Of a stretch of 64,000 bases of DNA, positions 1-9,003 are shown piece by piece. The position numbers and the translations under genes are program-made. This DNA is from Terriglobia bacterium (GTDB lineage Bacteria > Acidobacteriota > Terriglobia > JAJPHL01 > JAPKYU01). How positions within the stretch are numbered: position 1 is the stretch's first letter; the number at the start of each line of letters is the position of its first letter. The stretch lies in NCBI GenBank assembly GCA_965206645.1, contig CBDBKE010000002.1, positions 64,001 to 128,000 of the forward strand, in the 5' to 3' direction. Under the pieces are notes generated by a model that saw only the letters and a program-made list of their open reading frames with translations, ran no database searches and had not been told where the DNA came from.

Positions 1-1
1 C

Positions 2-805
2 TTGTTCGGCATGGAGTGTGTCGTCTACATGGGGGAGGAGGACATGGCCCGGCAGCGGCTCAACGTCTTTCGTATGCGTCTGCTGGGCGCCGAAGTCGTG
101 CCGGTTGGCTCAGGCAGCCGGACCTTGAAAGATGCTATCAATGAGGCCATGCGCGATTGGGTCACCAACGTGGAGACGACCCACTACCTGCTGGGTTCGG
201 TGCTGGGCGCGCACCCCTACCCGCTCATGGTGCGCGACTTCCAGAGCATCATCGGCCGTGAGGCGCGGGCGCAAATCCTGGAAGCCGAGGGCCGCCTGCC
301 GGACCTGCTGGTGGCCTGCGTGGGCGGCGGCAGCAACGCACTGGGCCTCTTCCACGAATTTGTGGACGACCCCGCAGTCAAAATGGTGGGCGTGGAAGCT
401 GGCGGGCGAAGCCCGGAACTGGGCGAGCACGCGGCTCGCTTCCACGGCGGCAGTCCCGGGGTGCTGCAGGGAACCTATAGCTACGTGCTTCAGGACGAGG
501 ACGGCCAGATTGCCTCCACTCATTCGGTTTCAGCCGGACTGGATTATCCCGCCGTGGGCCCCGAGCACGCCTGGCTGTTCGAGCAAGGACGGGCCGAGTA
601 TTGCTCCTGTTCCGATGCCGAGGCACTGCAGGCGTGTCGCACGCTGTCCGAGCTCGAAGGGATCATCCCGGCGCTGGAGCCGGCGCACGCCGTGGCCGAA
701 ACTATCCGCCGCGCTCCCGGCGCGCGTGACCAGGTGTTGCTGGTGAATATCTCGGGCCGCGGCGACAAAGACATGGAAATCCTGCAGCGTGAGCTGCGGC
801 TATGA
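2..805 (+). CDS. trpB: Tryptophan synthase beta chain (5'-truncated by window edge)
   Basis: Motifs [35 protein letters not shown]; ATGA overlap with trpA. Confidence 0.97.
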   Translation: MFGMECVVYMGEEDMARQRLNVFRMRLLGAEVVPVGSGSRTLKDAINEAMRDWVTNVETTHYLLGSVLGAHPYPLMVRDFQSIIGREARAQILEAEGRLPDLLVACVGGGSNALGLFHEFVDDPAVKMVGVEAGGRSPELGEHAARFHGGSPGVLQGTYSYVLQDEDGQIASTHSVSAGLDYPAVGPEHAWLFEQGRAEYCSCSDAEALQACRTLSELEGIIPALEPAHAVAETIRRAPGARDQVLLVNISGRGDKDMEILQRELRL

Positions 806-1650
806 GCCGGATCGCAGACAGGTTTGTGGAGTTACGCAAGCGGGGAGAGATGGGGCTGGTGGCCTTCATCACCGCCGGGGACCCAGACCTGCGGGCCACC
901 GCAGAATTCATCGTGGCGCTGGAGACAGCAGGCGTGGATGTGCTGGAATTGGGCGTGCCCTTCTCCGACCCGTTGGCTGACGGTCCGGTGATCCAGCGGG
1001 CCAGCGAGCGAGCACTGCGCTCGGGAACCACGCTGGCTGGGGTCCTCCGGACGGTGGCCGAAGCGCGGCAGCACGGCAGTCAGTTGCCGCTGCTGCTGTT
1101 CAGCTACCTGAATCCGATCCTTCGCTACGGCTTTGCCCGTTTCGCCAGCGAGGCTCGGCAGGCAGGGGCGGACGGCGTGTTGATCACCGACCTCAGCGTG
1201 GAGGAAGCCGACGCCTACCTGGACCAGATGCGAGAGGCGGAACTGGACACCGTCTTTCTAGCCGCGCCCACCTCCACCGGGGCGCGCCTTCGCCGCATCT
1301 GCCAGGTCTCGAGAGGCTTCGTGTACGCAGTCTCCCGCACGGGCGTTACTGGACCGCGCGAGGCGCTGTCAGCCCAGTTGTTGCCGCTGCTCGGTCGCAT
1401 CCGCGCCGCCACCGCATCGCCAGTGGCCGCGGGCTTTGGGATTTCGCGGCCTGAGCACGTCGAAGCGTTGCGCGGCCACGCCGATGCAGCAGTGGTGGGC
1501 AGCACTCTGGTGCAGGTGATCGAGCAGCACCGGTCGGCAGAACGGCTGGCCGAGCGCGCCCGCGAGTTGAAGCCGCGCGAGTCGAAGCCCAACGAATTGA
1601 AGAAAGGACGGGTGGGAGAGAAACTTGTGCCCGTGCCACCGAAACAGTGA
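802..1650 (+). CDS. trpA: Tryptophan synthase alpha chain
   Basis: [39 protein letters not shown]. Confidence 0.97.
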   Translation: MSRIADRFVELRKRGEMGLVAFITAGDPDLRATAEFIVALETAGVDVLELGVPFSDPLADGPVIQRASERALRSGTTLAGVLRTVAEARQHGSQLPLLLFSYLNPILRYGFARFASEARQAGADGVLITDLSVEEADAYLDQMREAELDTVFLAAPTSTGARLRRICQVSRGFVYAVSRTGVTGPREALSAQLLPLLGRIRAATASPVAAGFGISRPEHVEALRGHADAAVVGSTLVQVIEQHRSAERLAERARELKPRESKPNELKKGRVGEKLVPVPPKQ

Positions 1651-1691
1651 GAATCGTCTGGGGGCTTTAGCCGCCCCGCACCTGGAGCAGC

Positions 1692-2039
1692 ATGGATCTC
1701 AACGACTGGCGCACAAAAATTGACGAGGTGGACCGCAAGCTGGTGGCGCTGTTGAACCGCCGTGCACGCTACGTGCTGGAAATCGCCAGGCTGAAGAAAC
1801 CCCGGGGCCTGCCCATTTACGGGCCGCAACGCGAGAAAGAGGTTTTCCGTAATGTGGCCTCGGCCAATGGCGGCCCTTTGGATCAGGGAGCCTTGCGCGG
1901 CGTGTTCAAGCGCATCCTTTATCAGAGTCGCTCCATTCAGCGCCTGGCCATGAAACCGACGGGACGCGAGGAGCTGAATCGGGCCACCGGACCGGTCCGA
2001 ACAGGCGGGAAGAAAAAAAGAAGAAAGAAAGCCAGGTAG
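1692..2039 (+). CDS. Chorismate mutase (AroQ type) with basic C-terminal tail
   Basis: LNDWRTKIDEVDRKLVALLNRRA...K...REKEV; GGAG SD; lies between trpA and tyrA. Confidence 0.9.
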   Translation: MDLNDWRTKIDEVDRKLVALLNRRARYVLEIARLKKPRGLPIYGPQREKEVFRNVASANGGPLDQGALRGVFKRILYQSRSIQRLAMKPTGREELNRATGPVRTGGKKKRRKKAR

Positions 2040-2154
2040 AAGACGGGCATCCCTGCCTGTCCCTGGACCGAACCTTGCTCTCCCAGGGTATGTGCGCTGC
2101 CAGTCACAGGTTGGCGGCCAGCGGCTTGCCGTGGCACAATCGGAAGCGGAAGTG

Positions 2155-3051
2155 ATGAAGCGCGTCACCATTCTCGGCGTTGGCCTGATCGGCGGTTCCC
2201 TGGGCATGGCTCTGAAGAAGCATGGTTTCCAGGGTGTCATCGCCGGGGTGGGACGGCGCGTCACGCTGGAGAAGGCACTGGCAGCCGGCGCGATTGACCA
2301 GGCTTACGAGGAGCTGGAACCCGGGGTCCGCGGCGCCGACCTGGTGTACTTGGCGACCCCGATTTCGACCATCCTGGACTTGCTGCCGCGCGTGCGCCAG
2401 GCTGCGGCGCCAGGAGCCCTGGTGACGGACGCAGGAAGCACCAAGACCCAGATCACGGACCGCGCCACCCTGCTTTTTTGCGACAGCCCGCAAAGCCCGT
2501 TGTTCATCGGCGGACACCCCATGGCCGGCAGCGAGAAACGGGGAGTGGAAAACGCCGAGGCGGACCTGTTCCGCGGCGCCTCCTACATTCTCACTCCCCT
2601 GCTGCGCGAGCATCTGGAAACGCTCATCGCACGAGAGTTCCGCGACTGGCTCGAGCGCATCGGCGCGAATGTGATGGTGATGGACGCCGAACTGCACGAT
2701 GAGGTGGTGGCCTGGACCAGCCACCTGCCACAGCTTGTGGCCACGGCGCTGGCCTCCACCGTTCTAGAGAGGCTGGTAACAGACGACCTCCCGCAGGCCG
2801 CCGGCGGCCTGGAGCTAGCCGGCGGCGGCCTGCGGGACACGACTCGGCTGGCCGAAAGCCCGTACTCGGTGTGGCGCGACATTTGTCTCACCAACACCGA
2901 CAACGTTGAGCAGGCACTCAACGCCATGCTCCAAAAACTAGAGCACTTGCGGGATAATCTACGCTCCCGCGCGCTGCAACCCGAATTCGAAGCCGGGCAG
3001 CAACTGCGGGAACGATTGAAGAACCTGCTGGAACGGGAGTCTCTTTCCTGA
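2155..3051 (+). CDS. tyrA: Prephenate/arogenate dehydrogenase
   Basis: GVGLIGGS Rossmann motif, DAGSTK, GGHPMAGSE, HD...SHLPQ, RDTTRLA; start placed at MKRVTIL. Confidence 0.93.
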   Translation: MKRVTILGVGLIGGSLGMALKKHGFQGVIAGVGRRVTLEKALAAGAIDQAYEELEPGVRGADLVYLATPISTILDLLPRVRQAAAPGALVTDAGSTKTQITDRATLLFCDSPQSPLFIGGHPMAGSEKRGVENAEADLFRGASYILTPLLREHLETLIAREFRDWLERIGANVMVMDAELHDEVVAWTSHLPQLVATALASTVLERLVTDDLPQAAGGLELAGGGLRDTTRLAESPYSVWRDICLTNTDNVEQALNAMLQKLEHLRDNLRSRALQPEFEAGQQLRERLKNLLERESLS

Positions 3052-3218
3052 CAGTAGGCAGTATCTGGCAGGCAGACGCCGGAAGGTGGAAAGCACGGGG
3101 AGCAGTGTGAAAAGCGAATCGAGGAGCTGGCCGTCCGACGGGACGGGGCCGGCTGAGGCGGCGATCCGAGATTCGGGACCGCACCAGCGCCAGGCCCCCC
3201 GAGGCCAAAGAGGCTAGC

Positions 3219-3532
3219 ATGGAGATCCGCTCGATTGTGGTTTTGACGCTACATAGCCCAAAGGAAAAATCTGGGGTGAACTGGTGGCGCTGACGTCCGC
3301 CGGTATCACCGTGCGAGGAATTGAGCTGAATTCGTTTGACGAGGTGCTGCGTCAGATTGCCGCTGGCGAGGCCGGAGTTGGCGTGCTCTCCACTGTCTTT
3401 TACCCTATTCATCGTGTAGAGCGGATGGCGATGGACGAGACGGTAGGGGGGATTCCCTCCCTGGCGGAACGGTTTGAGAGAAAGGTTGGCCTTACGGTGG
3501 GGGAATTTCTGCGCGCTGGAGGGGACCTTTGA
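3219..3532 (+). pseudogene. Small hypothetical protein with a 1-nt frameshift in an A5 run (pseudogene or sequencing error)
   Basis: ATG 3219 after GAGG reads MEIRSIVVLTLHSPKEK; one extra A in GAAAAATC gives IWGELVALTSAGITVRGIEL, in frame with ORF 3284-3532. Confidence 0.6.
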
Positions 3533-4122
3533 CACCAGCAGGACGTCCTCGCCAGGTTCTCAACCTGCCGAACTCGCTGACCCTGCTTCGGCTGGCCGTC
3601 CTTCCGCTGATCCTCTTTTTCCTGGTGAACGACGACCTGACGTGGGCGCTGCGGTTGCTTCTAGTTGCGGGCATCTCCGATGCCCTGGACGGCCTCCTAG
3701 CCCGCCGGCTCCGGCAAAAGACACAAGTGGGCAAGTACCTGGATCCGCTGGCCGACAAGCTGTTGCTCAGCTCTTGCTTTCTGGTTCTGGCCTGGAACGG
3801 GCGGGTGCCCTGGCTGGTGTCCGGGCTGGTGCTGGCTCGCGACGTTACCATTCTGGTGGCGGTGATGGTGCTGTTTCTGGCCGCCGGGATTCGTCCGTTC
3901 ACTCCCACGACCCTCGGCAAAGCCAACACGGCCGTGCAGATAGCCGCGATCTTTGCCGTTCTACTGGAGGCGGTCTACGGCTCCGGGTGGTTTCGCCAGG
4001 GGCGCGGAGTCCTCTTGCTGCTGACACCTGTGCTGGTTGTGGGAAGCGGCTTGCAGTACGCTCTGCTGACCGCGCGCAGGTTGCGGAGGCGCCCCAGCCC
4101 GCTACCTGCGGCTACCCGCTAG
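3529..4122 (+). CDS. CDP-alcohol phosphatidyltransferase (PgsA-like)
   Basis: NLPNSLTLLR and DALDGLLARR...GKYLDPLADK signature. Confidence 0.92.
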   Translation: MTPAGRPRQVLNLPNSLTLLRLAVLPLILFFLVNDDLTWALRLLLVAGISDALDGLLARRLRQKTQVGKYLDPLADKLLLSSCFLVLAWNGRVPWLVSGLVLARDVTILVAVMVLFLAAGIRPFTPTTLGKANTAVQIAAIFAVLLEAVYGSGWFRQGRGVLLLLTPVLVVGSGLQYALLTARRLRRRPSPLPAATR

Positions 4123-4163
4123 TTCTGGAGAGGAGAGAACCCCCTGGGACACTTGACCGAGAT

Positions 4164-4598
4164 TCAGCCGCCCGGGCCGTCGGCGGTGAGGTAGTTCTCC
4201 ATCGAATCCAGCTGCTGAGTCAGGTCCTCCACGCGGGTTTGGAGCAAGTTGCGGACGGAGAGAATGCCCACAACCCGGCCCTCGGAATTCAGGATGGGCA
4301 GGTGGCGAAAGTGACGCTCGATCATCACCCCCAAGGCTTCTCCAGCCGTCGTATCCGCGGTGGCCGACTCCACTGAGGCGCTCATTACGTCCATCATCTT
4401 GGTGGTCGCTGGATCGTGTCGAGCCAGCACAACCCGCAGCATCACGTCTCGTTCGGTAAAAATCCCCGCCAGCCGATCGCCTTGAACCACTGCTACCGCT
4501 CCCACCCGTTTGCTGACCATCACCTGGACGGCTTCCAGCACGGTTGTCGTCAAACTGACCACAGCTGGTGGTACGCCGGCAATTTTCAGGATCTCCAT
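4164..4598 (-). CDS. CBS-domain pair protein
   Basis: VGAVAVV...GIFTERD and FRHLPIL...VGILSVRNL. Confidence 0.9.
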   Translation of the reverse strand: MEILKIAGVPPAVVSLTTTVLEAVQVMVSKRVGAVAVVQGDRLAGIFTERDVMLRVVLARHDPATTKMMDVMSASVESATADTTAGEALGVMIERHFRHLPILNSEGRVVGILSVRNLLQTRVEDLTQQLDSMENYLTADGPGG

Positions 4599-4682
4599 GG
4601 ATTAGAAGCCTTTCTCCGCTTGCCCCTCAGTGTAGTGGAACCGCCTGGGCCGGTAAAGACCATTCTGTGCGGGGCTTGTTCC

Positions 4683-4697
4683 ATAACGGCACCTTAT
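4683..4697. promoter_or_regulatory. LysR-type operator ATAA-N7-TTAT (T-N11-A)
   Basis: ATAA cggcacc TTAT, centred about 65 bp upstream of the predicted start site, the usual LysR recognition position. Confidence 0.55.
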
Positions 4698-4718
4698 CCT
4701 ACTGATCAATTTTTCTCC

Positions 4719-4747
4719 TTGCAATCCTCGTGTGATTGTTCTACTCT
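4719..4747 (+). promoter_or_regulatory. Sigma70-type promoter
   Basis: TTGCAA-17 bp-TACTCT. Confidence 0.55.
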
Positions 4748-4756
4748 ACTCGTGTC

Positions 4757-4822
4757 GTGATTGATTTAGCTAGTTCATTCCTGAGTAGCTGTTGTAGCCC
4801 GCCCATGTGCCGTGGCGGGTAG
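4757..4822 (+). CDS. Candidate Cys-containing leader peptide (MIDLASSFLSSCCSPPMCRGG)
   Basis: GTG..TAG, 21 codons, TGT TGT at 4790-4795 and TGC at 4808; sits in alternative hairpins upstream of sulfur genes; no SD. Confidence 0.5.
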   Translation: MIDLASSFLSSCCSPPMCRGG

Positions 4823-4859
4823 TGCCTCCTTTTAGGTAGTTGGTTTCGCTTTAATTCCA

Positions 4860-4896
4860 GCCCGCCCGGTAACATCATGGGCGGGCATTTTGCTTT
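4860..4896 (+). terminator. Intrinsic terminator (candidate attenuator)
   Basis: GCCCGCCC/GGGCGGGC 8-bp stem followed by ATTTTGCTTT. Confidence 0.65.
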
Positions 4897-5124
4897 CCAG
4901 GGCCAGTCGAGAGCAACGCCCCCCGGACGGAAGCCAGCGGGACTTCTGCGGGGATGGATGAGGTTAGCAAACGAAGCTGTGCGGAATCGAAAACAGTCCA
5001 GAGGCCAGGACCAGCCCAGCGGTCGGCACCAGAGTGCTGGGCGCAGCCAGCCCGGCGCGGGCCGCTACCCGGGTCCGTTGGACGCCCAACGCATCCGGGA
5101 GCGGCATGAGATGGGAGCTGCTGC

Positions 5125-5925
5125 ATGAACGGTATCGGCGTCCTGATTGGCCTGGTTAGCGGAACTGTGGTAGGCGCCAGTGCCATTGGAAGCGGCTCCT
5201 TGGTGATTCCGCTGCTCTTGCTGTTCACCCCGGCGTCTGCGGGCACGGTCGTGGGGACCAGCGTGGCGCTGGCCACCGTGACCAAGCTCGCCGGTTACCT
5301 GTCCCATCGGCGGTTGGGGAACGTCCATCTGGGCCTGGGCCGGTGGCTCATCCTCGGCGCCGTGCCCGGGACGGCGGCTGCAGCCCTGTTGCTGTCCCGC
5401 GTGCAAGACGTCGTGCTGGTCAACGGTCAAGCGCGGCAACTATTTGGCCTGCTGCTCATCATGCTGGCACTTGTGCTGCTGGCCGCGACCGCGCGTCCCT
5501 TTAGCCTGGCTACTCCAGCACCACCCAGCGAGCAGCCGGCCAGCGAGCAGCCAGAACCTGTCGGCCGCGACATGCGCGTGTTTGCCTTATTGGTGGGCGC
5601 CGCCATTTCCTTTGCCGTAACGTTGACTTCGATTGGTAGTGGCGGCCTGTTGATGCTGGCGCTGCTGCTATGGCGGCCCGCCTGGCTGGGCCAGTTGGTG
5701 GGAACGGCCACCTTCTACGGCCTGATTGCCACACTGTTCGGTACGGTGGCCCACTTGGCTCTTGGAAACATTGATCTCTACTTGCTCGTGCCACTGGCGG
5801 CGGGCTCCATACCCGGGGTGCTGTTCGGCTCTCGGCTCACCCGGCGGATTCCTGAAGTCTACTACCAGACCGGTATTGCGGCCTTGACCCTGGCCTTGGG
5901 CCTGCGCCTGGCATGGGCGGCATGA
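5125..5925 (+). CDS. TauE/SafE (TSUP) family sulfite exporter-type membrane protein
   Basis: Internal repeat GxxxIGSGxLxIPLL / TLTSIGSGGLLM, VGTS motif, multiple TM helices; upstream of cysH. Confidence 0.85.
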   Translation: MNGIGVLIGLVSGTVVGASAIGSGSLVIPLLLLFTPASAGTVVGTSVALATVTKLAGYLSHRRLGNVHLGLGRWLILGAVPGTAAAALLLSRVQDVVLVNGQARQLFGLLLIMLALVLLAATARPFSLATPAPPSEQPASEQPEPVGRDMRVFALLVGAAISFAVTLTSIGSGGLLMLALLLWRPAWLGQLVGTATFYGLIATLFGTVAHLALGNIDLYLLVPLAAGSIPGVLFGSRLTRRIPEVYYQTGIAALTLALGLRLAWAA

Positions 5926-5950
5926 GAGTCGCATACCGGAAGGAGCACTG

Positions 5951-6640
5951 ATGACCATCGCTTTGGACAACATTCCCCAACTGGCGATGCGGTTCGAAAC
6001 CGAACCGCCGGAGGCGCTGCTGGAGTTTGCCTATTCCCAGTTCGACGAGCGCATGGCGCTCGCCTGTAGCTTCGGCGCCGAAGATGTGGTGCTGGCCGAG
6101 ATGGCGGCGCGCGTCCATCCGGGCGCGCGCGTCTTCTACCTGGACACCGACTTCCTCTTTTCTGAGACCCATACCGTGCGCGAGCGCATTGCCGCGCAGT
6201 ACCCGCTGAAGATCGAAGCCTGCCGCCCGGCGCTGACGCCGGAGGAGCAGGCGTCGCGCTTCGGGGAAGCACTTTGGACCCGCCAGCCCAACCAATGCTG
6301 CGGCATACGCAAAGTCGAGCCGCTAACAGCTCACCTCTCCAAGCTGTCGGCCTGGATTACCGGCGTCCGCCGCGACCAGGCTCCCACGCGCGCGAACACG
6401 CGCAAGGTGGAGTGGGATGAAAAGTTCGGCCTGGTGAAGTTCAACCCCCTTGCGGACTGGACTTGGGATCGGGTCTGGGAACATATCCGGCTCCACAACG
6501 TCCCGTACAACGAAATGCACGACCACAACTACCCCAGCATCGGCTGCACCCACTGCACTCGCCAGGTGCTCCCAGGCGAGGACCCGCGGGCCGGGCGCTG
6601 GTCCGGCTCTGAGAAAACCGAGTGCGGCTTGCACAAGTAA
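5951..6640 (+). CDS. cysH: APS/PAPS reductase; CC + CxxC indicates the Fe-S APS-reductase type
   Basis: SFGAED, LDT, CCGIRKVEPL, YPSIGCTHCT, RAGRW...ECGLH. Confidence 0.95.
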   Translation: MTIALDNIPQLAMRFETEPPEALLEFAYSQFDERMALACSFGAEDVVLAEMAARVHPGARVFYLDTDFLFSETHTVRERIAAQYPLKIEACRPALTPEEQASRFGEALWTRQPNQCCGIRKVEPLTAHLSKLSAWITGVRRDQAPTRANTRKVEWDEKFGLVKFNPLADWTWDRVWEHIRLHNVPYNEMHDHNYPSIGCTHCTRQVLPGEDPRAGRWSGSEKTECGLHK

Positions 6641-6898
6641 GATTCGGCTTGAATTCGGCCGGCCGGCCGGCAACACGATGGTTTTCTAGCGGGCCTCTGA
6701 ATCTCTACATCTCTCCGTTGGCTCAGGCGGGTTGGTGCGGCTTGGCAAGCCGGACTAGCGCAGGCGGGTAGGGCGCATTGCGGCGGGGCTTATTCGGGTC
6801 GAACAGCACCGCGACGATTTCCCCGCCTGCGTTGGATTCGGTAGACGTGGTCTTTCCGCTGACCGGGTTGCTTGCCAGGGCGCTTCTCTAATCACCCA

Positions 6899-7801
6899 TC
6901 ACCCTTCACTCTTCAACAGCCTCGGGCAAAGCTCCCGGACCAGTTTCAGGAACGCCTCCATCACCGGGCAGATGTCCTTGTCTCGGTGGTGAATCAGGCC
7001 CAGCTCCCGCACCAGCTTCAGGCCTTCCAGCGGGATCAGGCGCAGCGTGCCGTTGGCTGCCTCCTGCGCCGCGAAGCTTCGGCTGATCAGGGAAACTCCC
7101 AGCCCGACAGCCACGAATTTCTTGATGGCCTCGACGCTGGCCAGCTCCAGCGAGACGCGCGGCTCCAGGCTGCGGTTGGCGAACACCCGTTCGAACAGGG
7201 CCCGAGTGCGCCCGGTGCGAGGGAAGATCAGCCGGTGATCGGCCAACTGTTCCACCGTCACTGACCGCTGGCTGGCCAGCAGGTGCCTCGGAGGCACAAT
7301 CACGACCAGCTCGTCGCGGAACAGGGGCAGCACCGCCAGGTCCTTCTCGTCCACCGGCAACGAGACCACAGCGAAATCTAGCGTGTTGGCCAGCACGCGC
7401 TCCACCAGCTTGCGGGTGAAGTTACGGTGAATCCGCAGGCGCACTTCCGGATAGCGGGCACCGAAGGCGGCAAACACCGGCGGCAGCACGTAGAGCGAGG
7501 TGGCTTCGTTGGCCCCCACCGCCAGCCGCCCGCGCGGCACGTGACGCATCCGTTCCAGAGCTTCCTTGGCCTGGCGGCGCAGCTCGGCCAGTTGCTGGCA
7601 GTGCTCCAGCAGGATGCGCCCCGCCGTTGTCAGCTGCACCTGCTTGCCAGTCCGGTGGAACAGCTTCTGTCCCAGCTCCTGCTCGAGCGAGCGCACCTGC
7701 TTGGAGATCGCCGGCTGAGTCCGGTAGAGATGCTCGGCGGCCCGCGAGAAGCTGTTGTGCTTGGCAATCTCGATGATTGTGTCTATCTGGTCAAAATCCA
7801 T
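6899..7801 (-). CDS. LysR family regulator (CysL-like)
   Basis: HTH SFSRAAEHLYRTQPAISKQVRSLEQELG; C-terminal SVEAIKKFVAVGLG. Confidence 0.93.
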   Translation of the reverse strand: MDFDQIDTIIEIAKHNSFSRAAEHLYRTQPAISKQVRSLEQELGQKLFHRTGKQVQLTTAGRILLEHCQQLAELRRQAKEALERMRHVPRGRLAVGANEATSLYVLPPVFAAFGARYPEVRLRIHRNFTRKLVERVLANTLDFAVVSLPVDEKDLAVLPLFRDELVVIVPPRHLLASQRSVTVEQLADHRLIFPRTGRTRALFERVFANRSLEPRVSLELASVEAIKKFVAVGLGVSLISRSFAAQEAANGTLRLIPLEGLKLVRELGLIHHRDKDICPVMEAFLKLVRELCPRLLKSEG

Positions 7802-8010
7802 CGCTGGTGTCAGGTCGTCAGATCCTGCTTGTTCCGAAATATGTCAATCCCGGACACTCGCGGCACCCGGAACCCATTTTCGGCACTTCCACTTTGCAGC
7901 TCTGGAAATCCACACAGCAAACCGCGACCCAAGCGTCCATAGAATTTCGCCGGGCCGGCTGTGCTGCGCCCGCTTAGTGCCCGCTTAGTGTATGATAGCC
8001 AACACCTCCC

Positions 8011-8946
8011 ATGAATTTTGACCAAATCCGCGCGGTGGTTGAGGTGGCTCGTCTGCGCAGCTTTTCGCGGGCCGCCGAAACGCTGGGTCTGACCCAGCCA
8101 GCTATCAGCGCGCAGGTGCGGCAGATCGAGGAAGAAGTTGACTACCGGCTCTTCGACCGTCTGGGACGAAGCGTACACCTGACCCAGCCAGGCATGGTTC
8201 TGCTGGAACACGCAGAGCGGATGCTGGACCTGCGCCGCCAGGCCATTCAGGCCGTAGCCGACCTGTGCGGTCCTTCGGTCCGGCTGACCATCGGGGCGAC
8301 CGAATCCATCTGCCTCTACGTGCTCCCTCCGGTGCTGGAAGAATACCGGGCGCGCTACCCTGCCGTCGCCATCAGCATTTTCCGGCATACTACCGATCGG
8401 ATCGTCCGCAAGCTGGTCGAGGGCGTCCTGGACATCGGCTTTATCTCGCTGCCCACTGAGCACCCCGACCTGCGCATCATTCCCTTCCTGCGCGACCGCT
8501 GGGTGGCAGCCCTGCCGCCGGCCCATCCGCTGGCGAGCAGGCGCTCGGTGGCCGTGGAGGAACTGCTGGATTTTCCTTTCATCCTCCCCGAGATGGGCCA
8601 CACCCGCACCGCGCTGGACCGGATTTTGCTCCCTCACCGGCGCCAGTTGAAAGTAGCCTTTGAACCCACCGGGATTGTGCTGGTCAAACGCTTGGTGGCC
8701 GCCGGCATGGGCATCACCATCATTGGCGAGACCTATGCCGAAGAGGAAGCCACCGCCGGCAAGTTGAAGCTGGTGCCGTTGCGCGGCCTCCGCCTCGCCC
8801 ACGAAATCGGCGTGGCCGTGCGCAAGGACTACCAGTTGCCGGAGGGAACACGCGCCCTGATTTCTGCCGCCCGGAGGCTGACTTCCCGCTCCAAACGACG
8901 ACCCACGCCGCGGGCCAGCACAATACCCACCAGCAGAAAAAAATAA
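8011..8946 (+). CDS. LysR family regulator (CysL-like), paralogue of the divergent gene
   Basis: HTH SFSRAAETLGLTQPAISAQVRQIE; shares LYVLPPV and HxLASxRSVxVE with 6899-7801. Confidence 0.92.
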   Translation: MNFDQIRAVVEVARLRSFSRAAETLGLTQPAISAQVRQIEEEVDYRLFDRLGRSVHLTQPGMVLLEHAERMLDLRRQAIQAVADLCGPSVRLTIGATESICLYVLPPVLEEYRARYPAVAISIFRHTTDRIVRKLVEGVLDIGFISLPTEHPDLRIIPFLRDRWVAALPPAHPLASRRSVAVEELLDFPFILPEMGHTRTALDRILLPHRRQLKVAFEPTGIVLVKRLVAAGMGITIIGETYAEEEATAGKLKLVPLRGLRLAHEIGVAVRKDYQLPEGTRALISAARRLTSRSKRRPTPRASTIPTSRKK

Positions 8947-9003
8947 GGATTGTTCGCCAGATTTCCCCAGAGGGCCAAGCGAGTTTCTAAGAACAGTACA
9001 GGC

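Noticed and set aside
4750-4900. SAM riboswitch or T-box upstream of cysH
   Set aside because: No SAM-I core or T-box consensus recognised
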